The notes under the pieces: model-generated
Told to the model about the DNA's origin: nothing
What the model saw: the letters and a program-made list of their open reading frames with translations, nothing else
The model's database searches: none
From: Paramoeba atlantica
Taxonomy: Eukaryota > Protista > Discosea
NCBI GenBank assembly: GCA_977017575.1
Contig: CDRNVI010000184.1
Span: 114,796-178,795, forward strand
Direction of reading: 5' to 3'
DNA length: 64,000 bases
In this document: positions 1-12,930 of the stretch, in pieces
Position numbering within the stretch: the first letter of the stretch is position 1
Layout of the letters: the number at the start of each line of letters is the position of its first letter
Made by a program: the position numbers and the translations under genes

Positions 1-3000
1 CAATGTCTATTTGTATTATTTTCATTTTTAGAAAATTGTTATTCAGTTTTTGATGTTTAAAAGTTCATTTCCAAACAAGTTACAAATAAAATTGAATATT
101 TTACTCAATTTTACAATTTATTTGATTTATTTACAAAAAAAAAAATATATTTCCCTTTGTTTTTGATTATTTCCCAATCACTTTTTTCAATGTATAATTC
201 AATATTTGTATTATTTTCATTTTTTAGAAAATTGTTATTTAGTTTTTGATGTTTAAAAGTTCATTTCCAGACAAGTTACAAATAAAATTGTACTTTTTAC
301 ACAATTTTACAATTTATTTGATTTATTTACAAAAAAAAAAACATATTTCCCTTTGTTTTTGATTATTTTCCAACCACTTTTTTCAATGTTTATTTGTATT
401 ATTTTCTATTTTCATTTTTTCTCAATTGTTATTTAGTTTTTGATGTTTAAAAGTTCATTTCCAAACAAGTTACAAATAAAATTGTACTTTTTACACAATT
501 TTACAATTTATTTGACTTATTTACAAAAAAAAAAACATATTTCCCTTTGTTTTTGATCATTTCCCAACCACTTTTTTCAATGTCTATTTGTATTATTTTC
601 ATTTTTAGAAAATTGTTATTCAGTTTTTGATGTTTAAAAGTTCATTTCCAAACAAGTTACAAATAAAATTGAATATTTTACTCAATTTTACAATTTATTT
701 GATTTATTTACAAAAAAAAAAATATATTTCCCTTTGTTTTTGATTATTTCCCAATCACTTTTTTCAATGTATAATTCAATATTTGTATTATTTTCATTTT
801 TTAGAAAATTGTTATTTAGTTTTTGATGTTTAAAAGTTCATTTCCAGACAAGTTACAAATAAAATTGTACTTTTTACACAATTTTACAATTTATTTGATT
901 TATTTACAAAAAAAAAAACATATTTCCCTTTGTTTTTGATTATTTTCCAACCACTTTTTTCAATGTTTATTTGTATTATTTTCTATTTTCATTTTTTCTC
1001 AATTGTTATTTAGTTTTTGATGTTTAAAAGTTCATTTCCAAACAAGTTACAAATAAAATTGTACTTTTTACACAATTTTACAATTTATTTGACTTATTTA
1101 CAAAAAAAAAAACATATTTCCCTTTGTTTTTGATCATTTCCCAACCACTTTTTTCAATGTCTATTTGTATTATTTTCATTTTTAGAAAATTGTTATTCAG
1201 TTTTTGATGTTTAAAAGTTCATTTCCAAACAAGTTACAAATAAAATTGAATATTTTACTCAATTTTACAATTTATTTGATTTATTTACAAAAAAAAAAAT
1301 ATATTTCCCTTTGTTTTTGATTATTTCCCAATCACTTTTTTCAATGTATAATTCAATATTTGTATTATTTTCATTTTTTAGAAAATTGTTATTTAGTTTT
1401 TGATGTTTAAAAGTTCATTTCCAGACAAGTTACAAATAAAATTGTACTTTTTACACAATTTTACAATTTATTTGATTTATTTACAAAAAAAAAAACATAT
1501 TTCCCTTTGTTTTTGATTATTTTCCAACCACTTTTTTCAATGTTTATTTGTATTATTTTCTATTTTCATTTTTTCTCAATTGTTATTTAGTTTTTGATGT
1601 TTAAAAGTTCATTTCCAAACAAGTTACAAATAAAATTGTACTTTTTACACAATTTTACAATTTATTTGACTTATTTACAAAAAAAAAAACATATTTCCCT
1701 TTGTTTTTGATCATTTCCCAACCACTTTTTTCAATGTCTATTTGTATTATTTTCATTTTTAGAAAATTGTTATTCAGTTTTTGATGTTTAAAAGTTCATT
1801 TCCAAACAAGTTACAAATAAAATTGAATATTTTACTCAATTTTACAATTTATTTGATTTATTTACAAAAAAAAAAATATATTTCCCTTTGTTTTTGATTA
1901 TTTCCCAATCACTTTTTTCAATGTATAATTCAATATTTGTATTATTTTCATTTTTTAGAAAATTGTTATTTAGTTTTTGATGTTTAAAAGTTCATTTCCA
2001 GACAAGTTACAAATAAAATTGTACTTTTTACACAATTTTACAATTTATTTGATTTATTTACAAAAAAAAAAACATATTTCCCTTTGTTTTTGATTATTTT
2101 CCAACCACTTTTTTCAATGTTTATTTGTATTATTTTCTATTTTCATTTTTTCTCAATTGTTATTTAGTTTTTGATGTTTAAAAGTTCATTTCCAAACAAG
2201 TTACAAATAAAATTGTACTTTTTACACAATTTTACAATTTATTTGACTTATTTACAAAAAAAAAAACATATTTCCCTTTGTTTTTGATCATTTCCCAACC
2301 ACTTTTTTCAATGTCTATTTGTATTATTTTCATTTTTAGAAAATTGTTATTCAGTTTTTGATGTTTAAAAGTTCATTTCCAAACAAGTTACAAATAAAAT
2401 TGAATATTTTACTCAATTTTACAATTTATTTGATTTATTTACAAAAAAAAAAATATATTTCCCTTTGTTTTTGATTATTTCCCAATCACTTTTTTCAATG
2501 TATAATTCAATATTTGTATTATTTTCATTTTTTAGAAAATTGTTATTTAGTTTTTGATGTTTAAAAGTTCATTTCCAGACAAGTTACAAATAAAATTGTA
2601 CTTTTTACACAATTTTACAATTTATTTGATTTATTTACAAAAAAAAAAACATATTTCCCTTTGTTTTTGATTATTTTCCAACCACTTTTTTCAATGTTTA
2701 TTTGTATTATTTTCTATTTTCATTTTTTCTCAATTGTTATTTAGTTTTTGATGTTTAAAAGTTCATTTCCAAACAAGTTACAAATAAAATTGTACTTTTT
2801 ACACAATTTTACAATTTATTTGACTTATTTACAAAAAAAAAAACATATTTCCCTTTGTTTTTGATCATTTCCCAACCACTTTTTTCAATGTCTATTTGTA
2901 TTATTTTCATTTTTAGAAAATTGTTATTCAGTTTTTGATGTTTAAAAGTTCATTTCCAAACAAGTTACAAATAAAATTGAATATTTTACTCAATTTTACA

Positions 3001-4175
3001 ATTTATTTGATTTATTTACAAAAAAAAAAATATATTTCCCTTTGTTTTTGATTATTTCCCAATCACTTTTTTCAATGTATAATTCAATATTTGTATTATT
3101 TTCATTTTTTAGAAAATTGTTATTTAGTTTTTGATGTTTAAAAGTTCATTTCCAGACAAGTTACAAATAAAATTGTACTTTTTACACAATTTTACAATTT
3201 ATTTGATTTATTTACAAAAAAAAAAACATATTTCCCTTTGTTTTTGATTATTTTCCAACCACTTTTTTCAATGTTTATTTGTATTATTTTCTATTTTCAT
3301 TTTTTCTCAATTGTTATTTAGTTTTTGATGTTTAAAAGTTCATTTCCAAACAAGTTACAAATAAAATTGTACTTTTTACACAATTTTACAATTTATTTGA
3401 CTTATTTACAAAAAAAAAAACATATTTCCCTTTGTTTTTGATCATTTCCCAACCACTTTTTTCAATGTCTATTTGTATTATTTTCATTTTTAGAAAATTG
3501 TTATTCAGTTTTTGATGTTTAAAAGTTCATTTCCAAACAAGTTACAAATAAAATTGAATATTTTACTCAATTTTACAATTTATTTGATTTATTTACAAAA
3601 AAAAAAATATATTTCCCTTTGTTTTTGATTATTTCCCAATCACTTTTTTCAATGTATAATTCAATATTTGTATTATTTTCATTTTTTAGAAAATTGTTAT
3701 TTAGTTTTTGATGTTTAAAAGTTCATTTCCAGACAAGTTACAAATAAAATTGTACTTTTTACACAATTTTACAATTTATTTGATTTATTTACAAAAAAAA
3801 AAACATATTTCCCTTTGTTTTTGATTATTTTCCAACCACTTTTTTCAATGTTTATTTGTATTATTTTCTATTTTCATTTTTTCTCAATTGTTATTTAGTT
3901 TTTGATGTTTAAAAGTTCATTTCCAAACAAGTTACAAATAAAATTGTACTTTTTACACAATTTTACAATTTATTTGACTTATTTACAAAAAAAAAAACAT
4001 ATTTCCCTTTGTTTTTGATCATTTCCCAACCACTTTTTTCAATGTCTATTTGTATTATTTTCATTTTTAGAAAATTGTTATTCAGTTTTTGATGTTTAAA
4101 AGTTTATTTCCAAACAAGTTACAAATAAAATTGAATATTTTACTCAATTTTACAATTTATTTGACTTATTTATAA
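1..4175. repeat. Satellite array 1: 577-bp higher-order repeat made of three ~190-bp monomers (187+196+194), about 7.2 copies visible, open at the window start
   Basis: CAATGTCTATTTG recurs at 1, 578, 1155, 1732 ... 4040 (exact 577 spacing); monomer starts at 1, 188, 384. Confidence 0.97.
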
Positions 4176-4344
4176 AAAAAACTAAAAAACTAAAAAACTG
4201 AAAAACTGAAAAACTGAAAAACTGAAAAATTGGAAAATTGGAAAATTGGAAAATTGGAAAATTGGAAAATTAGAAAATTAGAAAATTGGAAAATTGGAAA
4301 ATTGGAAAATTGGAAAATTGGAAAATTGAAAAATTGAAAAATTA
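4176..4344 (+). repeat. 8-bp microsatellite (GGAAAATT and variants) terminating array 1
   Basis: Ordered run AAAAAACT > GAAAAACT > GGAAAATT > AGAAAATT > GAAAAATT. Confidence 0.95.
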
Positions 4345-4500
4345 AAAGAATTGAACTTGAGACTTCAAAAATGAAAAATTGAAGAAAAGAACAACTAAAC
4401 TATCATACTCATCTTTAAAAAAACAAAAAAATAAGAAAGTTAATGAGATTAATTTAAATTTTTTTTTATTTTTTCTCTTTTAACATCATTTCTTTTGTAT
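4345..4500 (+). repeat. Conserved satellite anchor, copy 1 (paralog at 42138-42300)
   Basis: AAAAGAATTGAACTTGA..CTTCAAAAATGAAAAATTGAAGAAAAG.ACAACTAAACTATCATACTCATCT is shared with 42138 onward. Confidence 0.9.
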
Positions 4501-4634
4501 TAATCTTTTATATTTCTTCTTCAAAATAAAATCTAAAACTAATATCTTTTTCACTACTTTTTAAATTAAAAACTTTTCAAAATATTATTTTATCATATAA
4601 AAGAGTTTTTTATTCAAACTTTAAATCTTAATTA

Positions 4635-4849
4635 AGTTTAAAAAAATATTCAAATATGAAATATTATAAATATATATAACATCTTTATTTAAATTCTTGT
4701 TGAATTCAATTCAATTGATTAAAGTTCATTATCATTAATATTCTTATTACTACATTTTCTTTTCTTCACTTTTCCACTTCTTGATTTTCCCAGTTTTCAA
4801 TTGTACTTCTTTAAACTATTGAAACCTTAGAAGTAAAATAAAATCTACC
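4635..4849 (+). repeat. 5' LTR, AT-eroded, start boundary blurred
   Basis: Colinear with 9863-10070; followed by TTGGT at 4850 (PBS-like). Confidence 0.75.
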
Positions 4850-7800
4850 TTGGTAATGCTTCAATTTGAATAACCAATAGAAGAAGCATTTGATCTTGAG
4901 AAATTGCTTAGAGGAAACTCCAAGCAGAACAATTGGTGAAGGCAATTCATTTCCTGGTTGTGCAAAATGAAGAGTTGGTGTGAATAAAGAAGGAGTTTTT
5001 AAAGATGAAAGAACCAAATTACAAATCTTAGAAACAACATTGGAAATTGGTAATTAAAGATGTGAATTTCCAAAACCCAGTCCAAGCTTCTCAATTTTGC
5101 ATCTAAAAAAAGAGTATTAAACAAGATATTTGACCAAACATACTTGAGTTCAGAAAACAAATCAAGTTTGCAAGGGCAATTGAAAGTCATTAGGCCAAAA
5201 GTTGGATGGATTACCTTTGAATTTGTTGTGTACCCTTAATAGATTCTTTGGTGAGAAAGTTGTCCTTATGGAACAGCAGAAGTTTGATCTTTTTTGAGTA
5301 CCTGATAAAAAAGTTACTAATCAAGAATTTCAGGTGGTAACTACAGAATATTTGCACCTGTTCTTGAAGATAAGAGAAACTCCCTTTCAGGAAATCTATG
5401 TGAAGGAAGCAATGTGAGAATTCAAAAATCCAATCTTCCAAGGTCTAAATAAAGTGTCTGTTAGGGGGGGAACAGATGAGTATTAAAGAACCAAAGAAAA
5501 ATTGAAGAGGAGTGAACCAATAACCTGTTTTCTTTCATCCCTGGATGAGCACTGTGGATAGATATGGTGATGCTGCAGCAAAGAAATATAAACATATGAG
5601 TCTTGTTAATTGGAACAAAAGAGTTCCAAGAAAGAGAGGATGTGGGGATTTCAGTTGGAAAATACTTTACTTGTGAACTCCTTGGATGTGGGATATTAAC
5701 TCTTGAAGAACTTAAAGAAAAAGCAAATGGTTTGTCAATTCTTTTAAAAGTAAAAAGGAATTTACTCAAAATACTTGGCAACAAGACAAGATGGTGGTCA
5801 AGATGAGTGAAAATGGCTTCACAATCCATATTGGCAACCTAGTAAGAGACTTGAATCCTAAAATATACCAAATAAATAATAAACTGTTCAACATACCTTG
5901 CATGGTCAATGATATTTACTACACAAGCACTTTGTGATTCTAGGGCTTGCAGGATAGATGTTGTGGCAAGAACATTCCTGAATAAAGCAATTCCCAAACT
6001 TTAGAGACCATTACAAAGGAAATTACATTTCCTTAGCTGACAAATCATCAATAATGCCAACTGAAGAAGTTCACTCCTTCCCAATCCCAGAGAGATTGGA
6101 GAATTAAAAATAACTACACAAACAAGATTGGATCCTAGATCAATTTTAGCAGTTGAGGTCAAACAGAAAAAAAAAGCTCTACAACTGAGATTTGATTATG
6201 TGAGACAATATATCTACACTACTTGAATTGAGATTATGAATGTTGGAAATACCTCATTCTCACTTGAAAAAGGGTCTACATGTTGTAAAACACATTAATG
6301 TTACAGAAAAGAATGCAGAACAAACCATTGCAAAACCTCTTGATAAAAGACCAGTAAAACTTCACCAAAAGAAGTCAGATGAAAGAATGTATAAAGATAA
6401 ATTGGTCACTCCAGAACTACAGCCTCAAGAGGACTGCCATGGAATGGCAAAACACATGTGCAATCAAGGAGGTTGGGGATTCTCAGAAGAAATAGCATCA
6501 ATGTTCTTTAGCAAATATCCTGTTGAGAGATGGTCAGAAAAATCTGGAAGAAGATGAAAAGATGATTCCAGAGGAATATGAGGAGTTCACAAAGAAAACT
6601 GACCTCACTCTTAGTGATCTCAATCTTGATCAAATGATTCAACTCTGTAAACTCTTTGAAAAATACAAAGAAATGTGGGACATACTTAGCAATGCTCCAA
6701 TCATGCATACAGATGCAACAGAGTTCAAAATTGAACTTAAAGATGAAACTCAAAAGCCTTTTAGATGAGCTTATTATACAAAGGAGACAGTCAAAAGGAC
6801 AATTGAAGAGAATCAAATCCAAGAAATGGCCAAGAGAAGAGTCATCCAATCATCAAATTCACCATGTTAGTGGCAAAAAAGCAAATGAAAAAGTCTGATT
6901 CTGTATGGATTACAGAGAATTAAATGAAAGGACTAAGAAATGGAGTTATCTAATACCAAAAAAATTAATGATGTGTTGTCATACCTGGGTGAATCTTCAT
7001 TCTTTTCAACATTGGATATGACTGCAGCATTTTAGTCAATCCCAATCCAAGAGGAAGACAAGGGAAAAATGGCTTTTGTTCACAATTCAGGCTGTGGGAA
7101 TGGAATTCAATGCCATTTGGATTAACAAATGCTCTGGCAACACAGCAACATTTTATAGATACAATACTTGCTGGCTTGCAATGATATATATCTGTATTAA
7201 TTATGTTGATGACATAGTTATCTTCTCAAAAACCTTTGAGAAACATATTCAATCACTAGTAGAGAAAGTGCTGGATAGATTAAAGGAAAATAAGTTGCAA
7301 ATTAACCTGAGTAAAGTGGTGAAAGATCTTTCACATTACTTGGATATACAGCAACAAAGGATGGAATTTTGGCTAATGACAAGAAAGTCAAGGCCATAAA
7401 ACATTTTCCACAACCAACCAATCAAAAGGAATTACAATCACTCTTAGGATTGGTTAGTTGGTGTAGGAGATTCATCCACAATTGTTCTCAAAAAACATAT
7501 CACCTTCGAGAATTATTGCTACAACCATTATTTGAATGGGTTAAGAAGGCAGATAATGAATTTCAGGAAATGAAGGAAACAATTGCAAGAATACCAATGC
7601 CAAATTTCAGAAAAACATTCTATATTCATGTGGACACATCAAAAAATGGTTATGATTCAATACTGATACAACACCCTGATGATCCTCTTGATAAACCAGC
7701 ACCAAAAAGGTCAGAAATACCAAAAAAGCACAAAATAGTCGCTTTCACAAGTCTGGCTTTGCCAAAACACAATAAAAATATACAAATTCTGAACAAAAAT

Positions 7801-9852
7801 GTTATGAGGCTTACTGGGCAATTAACAAGTTTAAGGAATTCATTATGGGAAGAGATGTGGTGATTTTTAGTGAGCACCAGAGTCAACAGTCAAACTGTGC
7901 AACTCCACAGTAAGCAAACAAGAAGCAAACTTATCTGTGGGTGGCTGCTGGAAATAGCAGCAGTTGCAAGTCAAATTCTACACCAACCTGGGAAAACACT
8001 GGTTATTCCTGATACACTCAGTTGAGCACATCATGTATCCTATCAAGAGGAAGATGCTCAAACTCCAATTAAGAAATCCTGGAGAGACTGGGAGTTAAAA
8101 ATGTGGAAAACAAAACAACATTTTAACAAACAAAAAATGGCAATATTGAAGCTCTGTTCTCTCTCAAAAACCTGTCATAGGGTAGATGAGTCCACCAGAG
8201 ATGGAAAGGAGTTATTGGCTAAAATGGGTCAGTGCACAGAAAGCATGGGTCAGCTTGGTGGCCAATCTGCTCAAGGAAGGAGCAGGGGACTCTCTCAAGG
8301 ATGACTATCTGGGATAGCTGTTGGGTCAGCTTCATGTAAGACACTGGGCAGTGTGATGGGTTAGCTTCAGACAATTCCCAGCAAGACTGAGTGTAATGAC
8401 ATTTCTGACTCTGGAAGTGAGGATGAATTTAGGTCAAGTACACAACCAGGTGAACCTACCAGAGTTCATACAGTGCCTGAAATACAACCTCTTATAAATA
8501 AGGAGCCAGAAGGAGCAAAACTGTCAGATACTGGTGCTGGCCACACTGGATCTGAGAATCAGAATGATTCAGAAAAACAATGGATCATAAAGGACCAAGA
8601 ACAATACTGGAGCAATATGAAGGATCAATTTTGTCAAAGAATGAGAAATTTGATCTTAATTAGAGAATACCTGAGTTTTGTAAAGACATTCAGAAATTAT
8701 TGGAAACAAGGTGACATTATTGTCTCAATAATACATATACCCATATCTTATCAATTGTGGATGCCTTCACAGGGTACTTTTCATTATTTCCACTGAAAGC
8801 TGTCATCACAAAAGAGATGGCACAATGCCTCTTGAAATATGTTACAATCCATTCAATGCCACCGGAAATAGTGACTGATGGAGGGGCCCAGAAAGAACTC
8901 TTTGTGGAATTGACACAAATCTGAGGAACACACCATGCAAAGGTCTCCCTCTATAACCACAAAGGAAATGGCAAAGTGGAAACAATTCATTCACCTGTTA
9001 AAAACATGATGAGGGCTTTATGTCCAGAAATATCAAAGGGACTGTGGGATTTGCTCCTTCCAATTGGTGGAATTTGCTTACAATACCCAAGTTCATTCTG
9101 TAACAAAACAAAAACCTTTCATGTTACAATTTAGTCGAATACCAACATATCCAATCAATGTTACACTGGGAACATCAAACCCAAAATTGGTTACTTCAGA
9201 TGAATATGTGGCTAATGTGAGGAATAAGATGTTAGAAATCTTTCAACTGGTAAATGAAAAATGAAGAGATTCCAAGGAACAAAGAGTTGATGACTATAAT
9301 GCTCATCAAAGAACTCAAATTCTATCGGTTGGAGACTGAGTCCTTCTTCTAAATCATGAAAAAAGGAAGAAATTTAACCAAAAATTCAATCCAAGGACAC
9401 AAGGTGATGTCCATATGATAACTGAGGTTGTTTCAGCTCAAATATATCGATTAAGGAATCTCAAAACAAGATGGATTCTTCCACAACCTGTTCATGGAAG
9501 TGAATTAATATGAAAGGGTTGAGATTGAAAAGGAACAAAACCTGATAAAGGAGAAAGAACTCCCACCAGGAGATGGATGAAGAAGTCTGAGATATAGAAT
9601 TATCTCAGAAAGAGAATTTGATGGTTATCAACAATATTGTATGGAAATCCAACCACCTACTGGAAGAAAATGACATAAGTGGTGGGAGAAAGAACACCTG
9701 GGAGGTACAAAAGAGTTGAAAGATTACCTCAAGGCAAAGAAGCCTCAAAAAGGTTATTGGTGGGCAGACTGATCAATAATGGGTGGATTTTCCCTGTAAG
9801 AACTTTGAATTTTGTTCAGAACTGACAAAGCTGCGCTCAAAACTCTGCTTGC

Positions 9853-10070
9853 AAGGGGGGGGTGTAAATAATTAAATATCCAAATATGAAATATTATAAA
9901 TATATATAACACCTTTATTTGAATCCTTGTTAAATTCAGTTCAACTGATTGCAGTTCATTGTTGTCAACATCCTGTCACTGTGTTTTCTCCTCTCTACTC
10001 TCTCACTTGTTGATTTCCCAGTTTCTCAACTGTGCTTCTTTGAAACCTCAGAAATAAAACAAAATCTACA
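9853..10070 (+). repeat. Polypurine tract (9853-9862) and 3' LTR (9863-10070, TG...CA)
   Basis: AAGGGGGGGG then TGTAAATA; ends AAAATCTACA, where homology to the 5' LTR stops. Confidence 0.85.
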
Positions 10071-10830
10071 AAGGATTGCTTCATCCAAGAAAGCTTCACA
10101 ACAAAAAAAAAACAAGATGTCACATAAAAACAAAAAGAAAAAAGGAAATGGAAATGGATATATAAAAATAAAAAATAATATCGACAAAAGAGTGAGCCAG
10201 GCTGAGAAAAAAATAATCATAACAACAATAAATAACAACAATAATAAAATAACAAAATAACAACAACAATATTCCAAACAAAGTACACTATTGGGGAGAA
10301 TCAAACAAAACAACAACAGCAACATTCACAACAGACTCTTTGCCAACAAACACTTTCAGGGTGAAATCATTCCAAACAGTTTTAAATAATATATGTGACA
10401 CAACCAAAAAACCTAGAATAAAGAAAGAAACAACAATCCATAAAAATAACCCAAACAGTAATTCTCTCTCAAAGATAAGTTGAGGATCCAAACTTTTAAA
10501 CAACTCTCCCAACAACATCTCAACCAACCAACAAAAGAAAACCAAATAATAATAAAAGCAAACATAACAAAAAAAACCTTTTTTGAAGAAAAAAAAAAAT
10601 AGGTCACACAAGTTCCAACAAACACAAGCAAGAAAAAACAGTCCAAAAAACTCACATCAGTAATTATTCAATCCCTCACCTCACTCTTGTTCCCTTTTGG
10701 AGGGGGATATCTTTTTTTTTGAATTTCATTCAAGAAAACAAAAAAAACTTAACTCTCAGATTCTCCATCAACCCTCTGGCTCTCTGGTAACAAAAAAGAG
10801 AAGTAATCCATCAAAGAAAAGAAGAAATAA
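10071..10830 (-). repeat. Segmental duplicate, inverted copy of ~31600-32455
   Basis: For example, 10071 AAGGATTGCTTCATCCAAGAAAGCTTCACAAC matches the reverse complement of 32425-32455; 10350-10450 matches 32040-32170. Confidence 0.85.
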
Positions 10831-11274
10831 GAAAAAGAAAGCACAAAAAAACAGGAAAAGGAAAAAGAAAAAAAGAAAAAAAGAAAGAAAACAAAAAAAG
10901 AAAGAAAAAAAAAGAAAGAAAAAAAAGAAAGAAAAAGAAAGAAAAAAAAGAAAGAAAAAGAAACCACAACTTGAAGCAACATATTTAACCCAATCATGAT
11001 CATAGTGACCTATGAAAGAAGAGAAAAAAAGAGAAAAGAAAAAAGAGAAAGGAAAAGAAACAAAAAGAGAGAAAAAAAAGGGAAGAAAAAAAAGGGAGAA
11101 AAGAAGGGAGAAAAAAAGAGAAGTAAGGAAAAAAGAAAAGAGATGATGGCAAGAACAAAAACAGAAAACTAGAGTGGGGAAGGTGCAACACTCTTTTTTT
11201 AGCCACAAAAAAAAGATTTTGGGGTTTCACAATTTTTTTTACCCTTTGTTTTTTTTGTTTTTTTTGTTTCCTTT

Positions 11275-11350
11275 CAATCCTTTTTGCATCTCCCAAGTCT
11301 TGGTCATGTTTCACAAAGACACTATCACACTCATCATCAAGACAAAAAAA
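11275..11350 (-). pseudogene. Short fragment of the PB1-like gene
   Basis: Reverse complement reads GATGATGAGTGTGATAGTGTCTTTGTGAAACATGACCAAGACTTGGGAGATGC, homologous to 30062-30110. Confidence 0.75.
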
Positions 11351-11593
11351 AACACTCAAACAGAAGGGATTGAAGAAAATTGGAACAAAAAGATGAAGAA
11401 AAATGAAAAAATTCAATATGTGGGAATTGAACCCGTCAGGTAAATAGATGGTTCTTGCCCTTCTCCTTACTCTCCTAGGTTCGAAAAAGAAGTCTTTCAA
11501 TCCTCCTCCAAAGAAGAGAAGACAAAAATAGAAGACATTATTTGAAAAATAACAAACCAAAGTCACCAGGGTTACCAAAATGAACCTAGGATT

Positions 11594-11643
11594 TTCATAC
11601 TCTCTGGGTGCTAATTTGAAAATTCATACCCAAAGAGTATAAG
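11594..11643. repeat. ~50-bp palindrome family, copy P1
   Basis: TTCATACTCTCTGGGTGC-TAATTTGAAAATTC-ATACCCAAAGAGTATAA. Confidence 0.85.
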
Positions 11644-12759
11644 TTTTCTTCCTTGAGGTCATTTGAGCATTGCTTGGATCACCACTGATAGAGAAAGAAC
11701 CAAAATAACACTTCTTCATCCATTCAAGAATGAAAGTTCTTTTTATGGTTATCCAATAAGTTGATTGTTTCAACAAAAAAAAAGATCAAAAGAGATGAGT
11801 TCTCTGGTCAAAAAAAATGAGAAAAAGGAGGCAAAAAGAAAAGATCAGAAGAGTAAGATAAAGGAAATAGGGGAAATAAAATGGAAACAAACAAAAAAAA
11901 ATCTAATGATAAAGAAAAAAGAAAAAAGAACCCTAGTAAGCTGATAGTCTCACAGCTTAACCATTTCAGTCAGGTCCCATTTCTCTCAAAGCTCTTCTTT
12001 CTCAAAAGACAAAGGAATGCCAAATCAAAGGTTCCCAACATTGAACTGGGGTGAGTCATAAAATAATTGAAGAAATAATTGAAATTCTCAAGGGTCCACC
12101 AGGTTTAATCCTCTTATAACATCAAAGAGAAAAGGGTTGTTTGAACAAATCAAAAGAACTTTTTAACTTGTTTATAACACTCTTTACAATCTTTTCAATT
12201 TGTTTTGCCTTTCTTGATCTTGAATGTTAATCACAAATAAATTATTAAAAGCCAAGTACAAAGTGGAGACATTATACAAAGAGGAAAGCAATTATCCCTT
12301 TTAAAAGAAAAGAAAAGAAAAAAAGTTAGTTTTTTTGATTAAAAAAAACAAAAAACAAAAAAAAACATCATCATCACAACAAAACACCAAAACCCCTCCC
12401 TCCACCACAGGTATTCAACAAAACCAAATAACCATAACCCAAATATCCACCCAAGAAACAACCACCTATAAACAACTGCCAACAAATAACAAATAACAAA
12501 CAACAAAACAACAAACAACAATTCCCCCCCCACAAACAATGCACAATACTCCAGGAACAACAAAACACAAAATAAAGAAGCTCCCTTCATTCAAAAGGAA
12601 AGTCAATGAATTTTAAAAAAAACAAAGGGGAAAAAAAGGAGGGAAGGAAGGAAGAGGAAAAAGAGAAAGGAGGAAAAGAGGGGGGAAAACAAAAGAGATA
12701 AAAAAGAAAAAGGGAAAGTAAAAAAGGGAGAAAAAGGAGAAAGATAAGAAAGAAACAAG

Positions 12760-12930
12760 AGGAAGAGAAGGAAAAACCTCTGATTGAAAGCAAATCAAGC
12801 AAGGGAAAAAAGAACCTTGGATGTGTGGTCTCAAGTCTCTCAGCAAGAATTGTATCATAAGAAGAAAAAGAGTTGTTTGAACAAATCAAAAAAACTTTTA
12901 ATTTGTTCATAAAACTCAAAAATTGTTACC
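12760..12930 (-). pseudogene. Inverted fragment of the sequence downstream of the LRR gene (shorter copy at ~12130-12185)
   Basis: Reverse complement matches 21690-21760 and 21870-21900. Confidence 0.7.

Larger units (their letters stand above)
4635..10070 (+). mobile_element. Degenerate full-length Ty3/gypsy LTR retrotransposon with C-terminal chromodomain (chromovirus-like)
   Basis: Two diverged LTRs. Protease DS[R]A at ~5935; RT KV*FCMDYRELN at ~6890, TLDMTAAF at ~7010, YVDDIVIFS at ~7202; RNase H YIHVDTS and IPDTLS*A; integrase GHTG...YWSNM and WDLLLPLVEFAYN; chromodomain at ~9590-9730; PPT before TGT at 9863. Many stops and frameshifts. Confidence 0.92.

Noticed and set aside
1-4175. 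CRISPR-like array
   Set aside because: The units are contiguous near-identical monomers with no unique spacers; the context is eukaryotic.
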